DNA of 64,000 nucleotides from Phycisphaeraceae bacterium (GTDB lineage Bacteria; Planctomycetota; Phycisphaerae; Phycisphaerales; UBA1924): NCBI GenBank assembly GCA_019636565.1, contig JAHBXG010000004.1, positions 36,949 to 100,948 of the forward strand, read 5' to 3'. Shown piece by piece: positions 39,538 to 49,445 of this stretch (position 1 is its first letter; each line of letters starts with the position of its first letter). The notes under the pieces were generated by a model. It saw only the letters and a program-made list of their open reading frames with translations, ran no database searches and was not told where the DNA came from. The position numbers and the translations under genes were made by a program.

Positions 39538-40713
39538 GTGCGCGATCCGAGATTCGACAAGCTGGCGGAAGTGGTGGTCCAATACTGCGCATCGGTTGGC
39601 GCTGGAGACCTTGTCACCATCGTGGGCGAGCCCGATTTGACCGAAGGTATCGAGGCGATGTTCGAAGCGGTTCTGCGAGCCGGCGGATTTCCGAGTTTTC
39701 ATCCACGCTCCGAGAGTCTGCAGCAACTTCTCGTCTGCCGCGGCAGCGACGACCAGATCCGCCACGTCTGCCCCTTCGAAGAGCACCGACTCGCAAATTG
39801 CGACGTATTGATCGTGCTCCGCTCCTCGTCCAATACTCGCTTCCTCGGAGGCATCGATCCAATCAAGGCGGCCATGATGCAAGCCGCCAGACGCGGTCTT
39901 CAATCCATGTCAATGAAGCGTGCTGCGGCGGGCACGATGCGGTACGTCCTGACCGAATGCCCCAGCAACGGAGCAGCCCAGGACGCCGAGATGTCTCTCG
40001 CGCAGTACGCCGATTTGGTCTTCCGGGCCGGATTCCTTCATTTGCCGGATCCCGTACAAGCGTGGCGCACACTCCACGCAAAGCAGGAAAAGGTTCTCGC
40101 TTTTCTCCAAACCAAGCACACCTTGCGGTTCCGCGCTCCCGCCAGCGACGGAACCAACGGCGGCAGGCGCCACGAAGGAACCGATCTCACAGTTGACGTA
40201 TCGGGGCGCACCTGGGTGAATTGCGCTGGAGGGCAGAATTTTCCTGATGGCGAGGTCTTCACGGGCCCCCGCTCGGTGGACGGCGTGATGAATATCACAC
40301 ACCCGTCGGTCTACAAAGGGGGCGAGGTGGACGGAGTGCGTCTGTTTTTTAAAGATGGGCGGGTGACGGACGCGAGTGCAAGCCGAAATGAAGCCTTCTT
40401 GATCGATCTTCTCGACCAGGACGAGGGAGCACGCAACGCGGGCGAGATCGCGATTGGAACCAACTACGAACTCCACGAGTTCATGCGTAACGCATTCTTC
40501 GACGAGAAAATCGGCGGCACGTTTCACCTCGCCCTCGGTGCCGGCTATCCCGAGACAGGCAATACGAATGAATCGGGCTTGCACTGGGATTTTGTCAGCG
40601 ACTTGCGCCCCGGTGGCGCGTTTCCGGGGAGCTCCGGCGGGACGATCGAGGCAGACGGCGAGATCATTCACAAAGACGGCAAGTTCCTTCAGTCTGGTTG
40701 GCCGGGAAGCTGA
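39538..40713 (+). CDS. Aminopeptidase, M29 (AmpS/PepS) family
   Basis: 391 aa with a GTG start. The N-terminus (RFDKLAEVVVQYCASVGAGDLVTI) and C-terminus (GEIAIGTNY...FFDEKIGGTFHLALGAGY) are typical of M29. Confidence 0.85.
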   Translation: MRDPRFDKLAEVVVQYCASVGAGDLVTIVGEPDLTEGIEAMFEAVLRAGGFPSFHPRSESLQQLLVCRGSDDQIRHVCPFEEHRLANCDVLIVLRSSSNTRFLGGIDPIKAAMMQAARRGLQSMSMKRAAAGTMRYVLTECPSNGAAQDAEMSLAQYADLVFRAGFLHLPDPVQAWRTLHAKQEKVLAFLQTKHTLRFRAPASDGTNGGRRHEGTDLTVDVSGRTWVNCAGGQNFPDGEVFTGPRSVDGVMNITHPSVYKGGEVDGVRLFFKDGRVTDASASRNEAFLIDLLDQDEGARNAGEIAIGTNYELHEFMRNAFFDEKIGGTFHLALGAGYPETGNTNESGLHWDFVSDLRPGGAFPGSSGGTIEADGEIIHKDGKFLQSGWPGS

Positions 40714-40863
40714 TCGCTCTCGGCGTAGAGTGTCTTGGCAGCGCTCGTACCGCAAGCCTGCGATAAGCGCACAAGTTGTGCAGGCGCTCGGTCACTTTGT
40801 CTCAGGTCGGTGGTACGGCGCGGATAGCGTCATGAAGGATGTTCGCTCGACCGCCATTCTCCG

Positions 40864-41466
40864 TCAAATCTTTCGCGCGAGGATCTGTACCACGGACGCT
40901 TCACCGGTGTGGAACTGACCCTCCGCAACATTCCGCACCAAGGCGGCTTGATGTTCGATTTGCAGACCGTCTAGTTCAGCCCGAATAGCTTCCAGTGATG
41001 CAAGGAGCGCCGAGTCCTTCGGCCCGCCGGTATCGCGCCGAATTTGATCCGGCGCGTATGCCTCCAGCACAAATACGCCGCCGGGCTTGAGCCAGGCAAC
41101 AACCCGTTTGTGAACCGCTGCCCGGAGCGCCGCCGGTAAGTGAACGAAGATGGAACTCACGACGTCGAGCGAACCGGGATGGACGTCGAAGTCCCCCAGA
41201 TCGATGGCTTGCGTGCGCAGTTTCAGGCCGCGTTCGCGAGCCAGGCGCTGCGCCTTCTGCATTCCAATCTCGCTCTGGTCCACGGCAAGTACATCCAGCC
41301 CTCGAGCGGCCAAAAACAGGGCATTGCGGCCTTCGCCCGCGCCGATATCGAGGGCGTGCCCGCTGTTCGGCAATCTTTCCGCCATCTGCGCGAGGAAGTC
41401 GTTGGGCGCTTCCCCATATACGAGTTGTTCGCTGCCGTACCGCTCATTCCAAAATGCGCTCGTCAT
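40864..41466 (-). CDS. Class I SAM-dependent methyltransferase
   Basis: It has FWNERY, LDIGAGEGRNALFLAARGLDVLAVD (motif I) and a typical 200-aa length. Confidence 0.85.
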   Translation of the reverse strand: MTSAFWNERYGSEQLVYGEAPNDFLAQMAERLPNSGHALDIGAGEGRNALFLAARGLDVLAVDQSEIGMQKAQRLARERGLKLRTQAIDLGDFDVHPGSLDVVSSIFVHLPAALRAAVHKRVVAWLKPGGVFVLEAYAPDQIRRDTGGPKDSALLASLEAIRAELDGLQIEHQAALVRNVAEGQFHTGEASVVQILARKI

Positions 41467-41576
41467 GTTTTAAAGATAGTCACCGACGCGCACATCTTCG
41501 TCACGCGGATAGTCTTCCGGCTCTTCACAAGATGGTCCGTCCCGCACATAATGGGTGTTCCACAAAGAAAGTACAA

Positions 41577-41993
41577 ATGACACCCGCACCCACCCGTAGT
41601 CGCCCTCCTGCTCCTCGGCGCGAAGCGCGAAACGCCAAGCCGGGGCCCCCCATCACTCGCGTGGTGCTCTATGTGAAAGACATCGAGGCGGTCGCTCGGT
41701 TCTATGAGCGACATTTCCGTCTCCGTCGGATTGCGAGCGATGAGCGAGGATGGCTCGAACTTTCCGGCGGCAGCGGTTGCACCATCGCGTTGCACCAGGC
41801 GGCCCGCTCCCAGAGAAGTGGCGCCGCCATCAAGATTGTCTTCGGCATCCGAAATGTGGCCTCCTTCAAGGCCAAGAGCGCGATTGCCGGTTTGAAGTTT
41901 GGGCCCATTCATCGTGCCAACGGGATCGCATTTGCCAACGCGAAAGACCCGGCGGGGAATTCTATTTCTGTCTCAAACCGAGGGGTACCCTGA
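41577..41993 (+). CDS. VOC (glyoxalase/bleomycin-resistance) family protein
   Basis: ATG 41577 is followed by ITRVVLYVKDIEAVARFYERHFRL...IALHQA...FANAKDPAGNSISV, typical of VOC proteins. The upstream part of the track ORF is junk. Confidence 0.8.
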   Translation: MTPAPTRSRPPAPRREARNAKPGPPITRVVLYVKDIEAVARFYERHFRLRRIASDERGWLELSGGSGCTIALHQAARSQRSGAAIKIVFGIRNVASFKAKSAIAGLKFGPIHRANGIAFANAKDPAGNSISVSNRGVP

Positions 41994-42192
41994 TAATTCC
42001 CAAGGCACCGAGCCCGCAATCCCGCACCGCCGTCGAGTGTCCACTCGGTCCATTCGCTGGACACCGAGCGGCGTATCGGCGCCGGAAAGGTGGCGTGGGC
42101 CTCCTTCAATGGCTGCCGCGTATTGACCACTGCTCGGTGCGAAATCACCTGTTGAATTTGTTTCGCGTGGCCGCTGACGCTATAAGCAACCG

Positions 42193-43812
42193 ATGCTCCG
42201 ACTGACCGGAATCCAACTTCCGCTGAATCACGGTCCCGAAGCCATCGCTCGCGCCGCGATTGCCCGTCTACGCATCGAGCCGAGCCAGTTGGTGTCCTGC
42301 ACAGTCTTTCGGCGGGCACATGACGCACGCAAGAACTACGCGATCATGCTCATCTATTCCCTGGATGTCGAGGTGAAGGATGAGGCGTCCGTATTGAAGC
42401 GATCCGCCAACGACGTGCACGTCCGGGCAACGCCGGATATCGAGTACCGTTTCGTCGCGCACGCGCCGGCGAGCATGACCGCGCGTCCGCTGGTGATCGG
42501 GGCTGGTCCTTGCGGATTGTTCGCGGCATTGCTACTGGCGCAGATGGGGTTCAAACCCATTATTCTGGAGCGAGGAAAAGTGGTGCGTGATCGCACCAAG
42601 GACACGTGGGGGCTGTGGCGCAACTCGGTGCTGAACACCGAATCAAACGTGCAGTACGGCGAGGGCGGCGCGGGAACCTTTTCGGATGGCAAGTTGTACA
42701 GCCAGATTAAGGATCCGCGGCATCTTGGGCGCAAAGTCTTGACCGAATTTGTGAAAGCCGCGGCGCCGCCGGAAATCCTGACCGAGGCGCATCCGCATAT
42801 CGGCACTTTTCGCCTTGTCAAAATGGTGGAGAACATGCGGGCCACCATCGAATCACTTGGCGGCGAGTACCGGTTTGAATCTCGCGTGACCGACCTGGAT
42901 ATCGAGTCATGCGCCAACGCCACGCGACAATTGCGGGGTGTCATGCTCGCGAGTGGCGAACGCATCGCATCCGATCACGTCGTGCTCGCCATCGGCCACA
43001 GTTCGCGTGACACCTTCCAGATGCTGCACGACCGCGGCGTGTACATCGAGGCCAAGCCATTCTCCCTGGGTTTTCGAATCGAACATCCGCAATCGATCAT
43101 TGATACGGCGCGGTTCGGCAGGAACGCGGGCAACCCCATCCTCGGCGCTGCGGACTACAAACTTGTGCACCACGCCAAGAACGGGCGGGATGTTTACAGT
43201 TTCTGCATGTGTCCCGGCGGTACGGTCGTCGCCGCCACCTCGGAAGAGGGCCGCGTCGTCACCAACGGCATGAGTCAGTACTCGCGTTCGGAGCGCAACG
43301 CGAATGCGGGAATCGTCGTGGGCATCACGCCGGAAAAGGACTATCCGGACGGCCCGCTCGCGGGCGTCGCATTTCAACGCAAGTGGGAATCGGCCGCGTT
43401 CGTTGCCGGCGGAAGTACCTATGCGGCGCCCGCCCAGCGCGTGGGCGATTTTCTCGCCCGCCGCCCCAGCACTGCTCTCGGCAGCGTCATCCCATCGTAT
43501 AAGCCGAGCGTGCTTCCCACCGATCTCACGCCGTGCCTTCCCGGTTACGCCATCGTCGCGATCCGTGAAGCACTCACGAAGTTCGGTCACCAGTTGCGCG
43601 GCTTTGACATGGACGACGCGGTGCTCACGGGAGTTGAAACACGTACCTCGTCACCCATCCGCATCAAACGCGACGAGAACTTTCAGAGCCTCAATACCAA
43701 GGGCCTGTTCCCCGCCGGCGAGGGCGCCGGCTACGCGGGCGGGATCTTGTCTGCCGGCGTCGACGGCATCAAGATTGCAGAGGCCGTTGCACAAAGCATG
43801 CTGACGTCGTAG
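42193..43812 (+). CDS. FAD-dependent oxidoreductase (COG2509-like)
   Basis: It has the LVIGAGPCGLFAALLLAQMGFKPIILERGK dinucleotide motif. A C-terminal GLFPAGEGAGYAGGI motif is also present. Confidence 0.85.
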   Translation: MLRLTGIQLPLNHGPEAIARAAIARLRIEPSQLVSCTVFRRAHDARKNYAIMLIYSLDVEVKDEASVLKRSANDVHVRATPDIEYRFVAHAPASMTARPLVIGAGPCGLFAALLLAQMGFKPIILERGKVVRDRTKDTWGLWRNSVLNTESNVQYGEGGAGTFSDGKLYSQIKDPRHLGRKVLTEFVKAAAPPEILTEAHPHIGTFRLVKMVENMRATIESLGGEYRFESRVTDLDIESCANATRQLRGVMLASGERIASDHVVLAIGHSSRDTFQMLHDRGVYIEAKPFSLGFRIEHPQSIIDTARFGRNAGNPILGAADYKLVHHAKNGRDVYSFCMCPGGTVVAATSEEGRVVTNGMSQYSRSERNANAGIVVGITPEKDYPDGPLAGVAFQRKWESAAFVAGGSTYAAPAQRVGDFLARRPSTALGSVIPSYKPSVLPTDLTPCLPGYAIVAIREALTKFGHQLRGFDMDDAVLTGVETRTSSPIRIKRDENFQSLNTKGLFPAGEGAGYAGGILSAGVDGIKIAEAVAQSMLTS

Positions 43813-43961
43813 CCGCGAACGCACGCGCCCTCGACGGGCACGATCCTTCATGACCAATTCTGCACCGGACAAATGTTCCTCCGGTCTACGCCGCGCGAAG
43901 CGAGTGAGTGAATACTCTGCACTCGGCAAATATTGCGACCAAATTTTCGGCACGGGACGGC

Positions 43962-45326
43962 ATGACACGATTTCTCCATCTATGGCATTCGGTCCGGACG
44001 AGTCTTTGGTTCGTGCCAGGCATCATTGTCCTGCTTGCAGTAGCACTTGCCGTCTCGCTGATCGAAGTTGACGCGAGAATCGACAGCAACATGTTCGACT
44101 CCTGGCCGCGGCTGTTCGGGGCCGGCGCTGCCGGGTCGCGAGGAATGCTCGCGACGGTCGCGGGCTCGATGATCACCGTGGCGGGCGTGGTGTTCTCGAT
44201 CACGCTTGTCGCGCTGTCTCTAGCCTCGAGCCAATACACCTCGCGGGTTCTGCGCAACTTCATGACCGATCGGACCAATCAGACGGTCTTGGGCGTGTTC
44301 GTCGGCATCTTTGCGTATTGCCTCGTTGTGTTGCGGACTATCCGCGAAGGGCAAACGACTGAGTTTGTTCCGTCGCTGGCAGTTCTCGGCGGCGTCGTGC
44401 TCGCGTTCGTCGGCATCGGCTACTTCATCTACTTCATTCACCATATCGCGATGTTGATTCAAGCATCGCAAATCCTCGCCCGCGTGGCCGAAGAAACGAT
44501 CCGACGCATCGACGACGCGTTTCCTGAGGGCGTGGGCCAGGAAGGGATGTCCGTCTCGACGCCCGACCCGACACAAGGCGATCCGAATCGGCGATGGTGG
44601 CCGGTTGCCGCGGGTCGTACCGGCTACCTCCAGCGTGTCGATCCCGAAGTTATGTTGGATGTCGCGCGTAAACTCGACGCCGTGGTTCGCATGGAGTTTC
44701 GCATTGGTGACTTCGTCATACAGGATCTGCCTTTCATTTCAGTACTTGCTGCTCACGAGCCACCCGCCGAGACCTTCGATCGGCTGGCGGCGGCTTACGC
44801 CATCGCCCCGCAACGGACGACCGAACAGGATGCAGCGTTCGGTATTCGCCAAATTGTTGATATCGCGCTGAAGGCGCTGTCGCCTGGTATCAATGACACC
44901 ACGACCGCGGTCATGGCGCTCGACTACCTCACCGCGATCGCGGTTCGACTGAGCACCCGACAGATTGAATCGCCCTGGCGATTTGACGAGCGCAAACTGC
45001 GCGTCATAACCCGCGGCGAGACCTTCGAAGAGCTGGTGGATCTGTGCTATGACCAGATCCGCCAAAACGCCGCTGGCAACATTGCGGTGCTGGTGCGGCT
45101 GCTGGCGGCGATCGAGCTTCTGGAGGATCGCACGCAGGGTCCCCAGCGCCGGCGTGTGCTCTTGCACCAAGCCCTTGCCCTCGAAGACGCGGTGCGGCGA
45201 ACCATCCCCGCGGCGACGGATAGAGACCCATTGGATGCGCGCGCGGGCACGCTTGTGGATAGGCTGCAGCAGAACCTCGAAGTCAGGCATGACTTGCCAC
45301 GACTTGGGGGAACGGACCATGGGTGA
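43962..45326 (+). CDS. DUF2254 family membrane protein
   Basis: The sequence MTRFLHLWHSVRTSLWFVPGIIVLLAVALAV is followed by three more TM helices and a soluble C-terminal region, as in DUF2254. The upstream in-frame start at 43908 is also possible. Confidence 0.8.
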   Translation: MTRFLHLWHSVRTSLWFVPGIIVLLAVALAVSLIEVDARIDSNMFDSWPRLFGAGAAGSRGMLATVAGSMITVAGVVFSITLVALSLASSQYTSRVLRNFMTDRTNQTVLGVFVGIFAYCLVVLRTIREGQTTEFVPSLAVLGGVVLAFVGIGYFIYFIHHIAMLIQASQILARVAEETIRRIDDAFPEGVGQEGMSVSTPDPTQGDPNRRWWPVAAGRTGYLQRVDPEVMLDVARKLDAVVRMEFRIGDFVIQDLPFISVLAAHEPPAETFDRLAAAYAIAPQRTTEQDAAFGIRQIVDIALKALSPGINDTTTAVMALDYLTAIAVRLSTRQIESPWRFDERKLRVITRGETFEELVDLCYDQIRQNAAGNIAVLVRLLAAIELLEDRTQGPQRRRVLLHQALALEDAVRRTIPAATDRDPLDARAGTLVDRLQQNLEVRHDLPRLGGTDHG

Positions 45327-45419
45327 TGCCGCGCGGGGTCTGGACCCTTCCGCTTGCCCCCGGTCGATCGGGAACGCAACGCGATCTTCGATCAGATGTG
45401 GCTGATCAGAAGGGGCTGG

Positions 45420-48140
45420 TCAGCGCCGTCCAATCCACACACCGGCGAGCAGATCGTGCAGGCCGCGGGTGGGGTTCACGATGGCTGAAACGACAAAGAC
45501 GCCAGCGCCCGCGAGTGTAACCGCGCCGACACTGGCTGCCGCATGGAAGTCGATCCAGGTCCCGTTGGCCAGCGCGATTGCTCCGAGCACACCTGTGGGC
45601 GCAAGCACCGGCAGCCACATGATCGCGCTACGGGCGAGCATGCGGGCGCGGGAAGCCCGGCCGGTTTCGGTCACGACCTCAAGACCGAAAGTGGTCAGCC
45701 CCGTCGACTTGCGCCAGAATGCGAGGGTGACGTCGAAGAAGGCGATGATGTTCATCATCACCAGCCCGGCGATGGCGACTCGCCCAACCCAGACGATGGG
45801 CTCAACAGACGGGTCGGTGTTGCTGCCGATGCCGACGAACGTTGCGATCCAGGCGTAGCCTGGGATGACCACGAGTGACGCAGCGCGGAGGCTCTGGCTC
45901 ACGTCGGCCGGCTTGTTCAGCAGGCCTCGGAGTGTTCCCGTCAGGAATGTGAGCTTTTCAAACGACCCCGAGCGGAGGTTCTGTAGGGCCGGCTGGGCAT
46001 GAAGCGGGACACTCAACGGGTCAACGTGATCGGCGAGGGCCCGCAAGAATCGCTGCTGCGCTGAGAGACTGTCCACGGGAATCGGCTCGGCGTGCGCCGC
46101 GTCCCATTCGGGCCTGCGCGGCCAGGGTGCGTCGAGCAGAACGGCGCGTCCATCGTCGGTGATCCAGACATTGTCGAGCCCGCAGGCCAGCGGGAGTGTG
46201 CCATCGCGCTGCGCGGCCCACAGCTCCGCGGCGAGGTCGTAGAGCCAATACCGCATCGTGGACCAGGGCACGGGACCGTGGGCGAGCCGCTCGGAAAGCG
46301 GCGTGCCGCGCGATGCTTCGTAGACGTCCCAGACCTCACCATTGGTTTCAATCTCTTGCAGCCAGCGCGGGCGGCCAGGGCGTGCCACAGCCCGACGAGC
46401 CTCGGACAGCGGGTTCCCCACGCGACGGAGGAGCCACGCCTGGCGACGCAGCACCGGGTCGTCGGCCAACAGCCAATCCCCGGCCTCGATCTCCGAGATC
46501 ACGCGGAACAGACCAACGCGACGGGCTTGTTCGTCGGCCGATTCCGTGATAGCCCCGGCGTAGGCCCCTCGCCCGTCGACGGGGCGGCGGTTTCCACGCG
46601 GACGGACGACCACTCGGGTGCCGGTCGCAAGGTCCCAAACTGTGGCGAACCCGTTGCCGCGGCGTGCCGGGATCCAGAGCAAGACGACCAACCAGGGGCA
46701 AGCGATCGAAATACCAGTAGGCACGAACGCATTGAACGCGGACCAGGCGCCCTCAGGGAGCGTGGCGATGGAAAGTGGTATGCGCACGCTTTCGATGAAC
46801 GCGATCGGGACGAAAACGCGGAGCAAAGCTCGGCCCACACCCGGTGCGCGACCATTCTTGCCGACCACCCGAAGGTTCATGATCCACTTGCCAAGGCCAG
46901 CGCCCCAGATGCCTTCGGCGACGGCGAAGTAGAGGAACCCGATCGCAAGGAGCAGCAGGTGGTATTGCCACGCCGCGAACGTCAGCTCGTACAGCGGTCG
47001 GATGAACAGCGCCTTCGGTCCGACGGTGATCATGAGCACCGCATACGCCGGCAGGAAAGCCGTCAAGTAATCGATCCAACCTGCGGCGGTGCGCTGTGAC
47101 TGCATCGCCGGTTCGGGAACGATCGAACTGAACGGCAGCAGAGCATTGCGGAGCGCGGCATAGTCCGCGTACCGGCCCGCCGGCTCCTTGGCGAGGCAGC
47201 GCGCCACAACGCGCTCCAAACCGGGGGGCAGATCGTCGCGAAACCGCGAGATTGCGGCCGGCGGGCTATCGATGACATTGGCAACCACTTGTACGGCGTT
47301 GTCACCCTCGAATGCCGCGCGGGCGGTGAGCAGAGTAAACAGCGTCGCGCCAACAGAATAGATGTCCGAGCGGATATCAACCTCGTCGCCACGAAGTTGC
47401 TCGGGCGAGGCAAATGCTGGCGTGCCCATGACTTTGCCCGTCTGGGTCATGAACGTGTCTGCGGAGGGCAAGGTCGAGACGGAAAGCCCGAAGTCACCGA
47501 CTTTGACCGCGCCGTCAGGTGAGACGAAGCAGTTCGACGGCTTGATGTCGCGATGCAAAACCCCGCGCTCAAGAGCCGCTTCGAGCCCATCGATCATGTT
47601 TAGGACGGCGTCAACCGCGTCTGCAACGGGCAGCGGTCCGCGTCGATCGAGCGCATCCTGCAGGGTGCCGCATGGCGCAATCTCCATGGTGATCACCGGT
47701 ATCCCGTCAATCTCCTCGCTTCCGAACACGTACAGAATCGCTGGGTGGTTTACGCGAGCGGCGAGCCGGCCTTCCCGAAGGAATCGGCGACGCATCTCGG
47801 GTGAATCCAGGCGCTGGTCGAGCAGCTTCAGGGCGAGGCGGCGGCCGGTCGATCGCTGCTCGGCCTCGAATACCATGCCCATCCCGCCCTGTCCGAGCAG
47901 GGAAAGCAATGTGTACTCGCCAAGCTCACGGGGGAGTTGGAAGGCCGGCCGCACGCGGCTGCGCGCACTTTGCGGAGAGACAATGGATTGTGTCTCCCCT
48001 TCGTGATCGACCGGGAGGATCTCAGCGTCGGCTTGAAGCACCCCCGACATCAGGCAGGCCGGGCAAAGCGCTTGCGTGCGTGCGCTGGTTAGGGCCGCAC
48101 CACAGTTGGGGCACGTTGGTTGGGTTATTCCGCTTGTCAT
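45420..48140 (-). CDS. Ser/Thr protein kinase with N-terminal zinc-ribbon and two C-terminal RDD-like membrane domains
   Basis: ATG 48140 is preceded by AGGAGG. The N-terminus contains CPNCGAAL...CPACL. The kinase motifs are intact: GQGGMGMVF, LALKLL, HRDIKPSNCFV, DFG, SPEQ. Two multi-TM segments follow with RDD-like features. Confidence 0.9.
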   Translation of the reverse strand: MTSGITQPTCPNCGAALTSARTQALCPACLMSGVLQADAEILPVDHEGETQSIVSPQSARSRVRPAFQLPRELGEYTLLSLLGQGGMGMVFEAEQRSTGRRLALKLLDQRLDSPEMRRRFLREGRLAARVNHPAILYVFGSEEIDGIPVITMEIAPCGTLQDALDRRGPLPVADAVDAVLNMIDGLEAALERGVLHRDIKPSNCFVSPDGAVKVGDFGLSVSTLPSADTFMTQTGKVMGTPAFASPEQLRGDEVDIRSDIYSVGATLFTLLTARAAFEGDNAVQVVANVIDSPPAAISRFRDDLPPGLERVVARCLAKEPAGRYADYAALRNALLPFSSIVPEPAMQSQRTAAGWIDYLTAFLPAYAVLMITVGPKALFIRPLYELTFAAWQYHLLLLAIGFLYFAVAEGIWGAGLGKWIMNLRVVGKNGRAPGVGRALLRVFVPIAFIESVRIPLSIATLPEGAWSAFNAFVPTGISIACPWLVVLLWIPARRGNGFATVWDLATGTRVVVRPRGNRRPVDGRGAYAGAITESADEQARRVGLFRVISEIEAGDWLLADDPVLRRQAWLLRRVGNPLSEARRAVARPGRPRWLQEIETNGEVWDVYEASRGTPLSERLAHGPVPWSTMRYWLYDLAAELWAAQRDGTLPLACGLDNVWITDDGRAVLLDAPWPRRPEWDAAHAEPIPVDSLSAQQRFLRALADHVDPLSVPLHAQPALQNLRSGSFEKLTFLTGTLRGLLNKPADVSQSLRAASLVVIPGYAWIATFVGIGSNTDPSVEPIVWVGRVAIAGLVMMNIIAFFDVTLAFWRKSTGLTTFGLEVVTETGRASRARMLARSAIMWLPVLAPTGVLGAIALANGTWIDFHAAASVGAVTLAGAGVFVVSAIVNPTRGLHDLLAGVWIGRR

Positions 48141-48209
48141 GGGCCTCCTGAAGAGATTGGTTCACCACCTTTCTTGACGGAGCCGTCGTTCAGAATTACA
48201 TCCGGTACC

Positions 48210-48944
48210 TTATTTTTCTCTCAGTACGCCGACCAGATACCGCATTTCAGCGTCGATCTCCGCCTCATCGGCAATGGTCCGGGCCACCGCCTCGCGGACC
48301 AAGGCCCCGTACCGCTGACGGATCCGGTGGATCGCGACGGTGACTGCGTTCTCGGACATGCCGAGTCTGGCAGCCAATTCTGACCGGACGTACCCCTCGC
48401 CTGTCAGCACGGGGCACAGAACCTCGAACTGGTCCGCCCGTCCGCGGTCCGCCCACTCAGCTCCGAGTTGCCGGAGCGCGGCGGCGGTCGTCTCGTGGGC
48501 CCAGTCGCGGTCAAATGCTCGGTCCGCATCTGTCGTTGTGTGGGCGTGAGTGGCGATTCGGGATTCAATCTCGGCAAAGTCGCGTGCCGCAAAGCGCAGC
48601 CCGCCACCACGTTTGCGGGCCCGGTCCCGGTCCCGTTCATGGGCCATGAAGTGCTTCATCGCGCCAAGCAGATAAGAACGGAAGCGTCCGCGGTCCGGGT
48701 TGGCGCCGCCCAGACCACCCGTTTCGATGACCTTGGCGAGGAAGGCTTGGGTGACGTCTTGAGCATCCTCGGCTGTGTGCCCGCTGTGACGCGCGAAAGC
48801 GTATAGCGGACGCCAGTATGCATTACAAAGATGCTCAAGGGCTTCGCGGGCACGGCTGGCCTGGGGATCGCCATTCCGTCCGGGGAGCGCGGCGATCAGG
48901 CTCCAGTGAGTCGTGTGGAACCGGGATGGGCCTTCACGGGCCAT
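48210..48944 (-). CDS. ECF-type sigma-70 family RNA polymerase sigma factor
   Basis: 244 aa. It has region 2 (YWRPLYAFARHSGHTAEDAQDVTQAFLAKV) and region 4 (LAARLGMSENAVTVAIHRIRQRY). It lies 69 nt upstream of, and co-oriented with, the kinase gene. Confidence 0.85.
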   Translation of the reverse strand: MAREGPSRFHTTHWSLIAALPGRNGDPQASRAREALEHLCNAYWRPLYAFARHSGHTAEDAQDVTQAFLAKVIETGGLGGANPDRGRFRSYLLGAMKHFMAHERDRDRARKRGGGLRFAARDFAEIESRIATHAHTTTDADRAFDRDWAHETTAAALRQLGAEWADRGRADQFEVLCPVLTGEGYVRSELAARLGMSENAVTVAIHRIRQRYGALVREAVARTIADEAEIDAEMRYLVGVLREK

Positions 48945-49445
48945 GGAAAAGTCTACGGGATGTGGACCATCGCCATTGCCGGAGAGGCTGTGACCTAGTA
49001 CACCTCGGCGTGGTACTTGAACGCGACAATGGCATCGATTACGCCGGTCGGGCCGAGCCGCGGGAGGTTGGGATCAAGTCTTACTTTCCAGCCCGCAGAA
49101 AAGAAGTTGGTGATCACTGGTCGTACCACAGGCGGCTCTCGGGACTGCCCGGCGGACTCAGGTCCACATCGCCGCTCGCCGATAGCGACGCGGGCCTGAC
49201 AGGACGCCTTGCACCAACCCCAAATAAGTGGTGCTGGTGAGGTTGCGCGACTCAAACGGCTTCCAGCCTGCAGTTGGCATGACGACCAACGAAGAGGGTT
49301 TCGGGCCGCGCGGTTCTCACACGGGAGGGAAACGCAAAGTCAAGCACCTGGCGGAAAACACGCAAATCGAGGTGAGGGGAGCGAAGCCCGTGCCCTGTCG
49401 CCTCCGCGATCGCACTGCCTCGCGCGTGGAATTCGAACCCTACGT

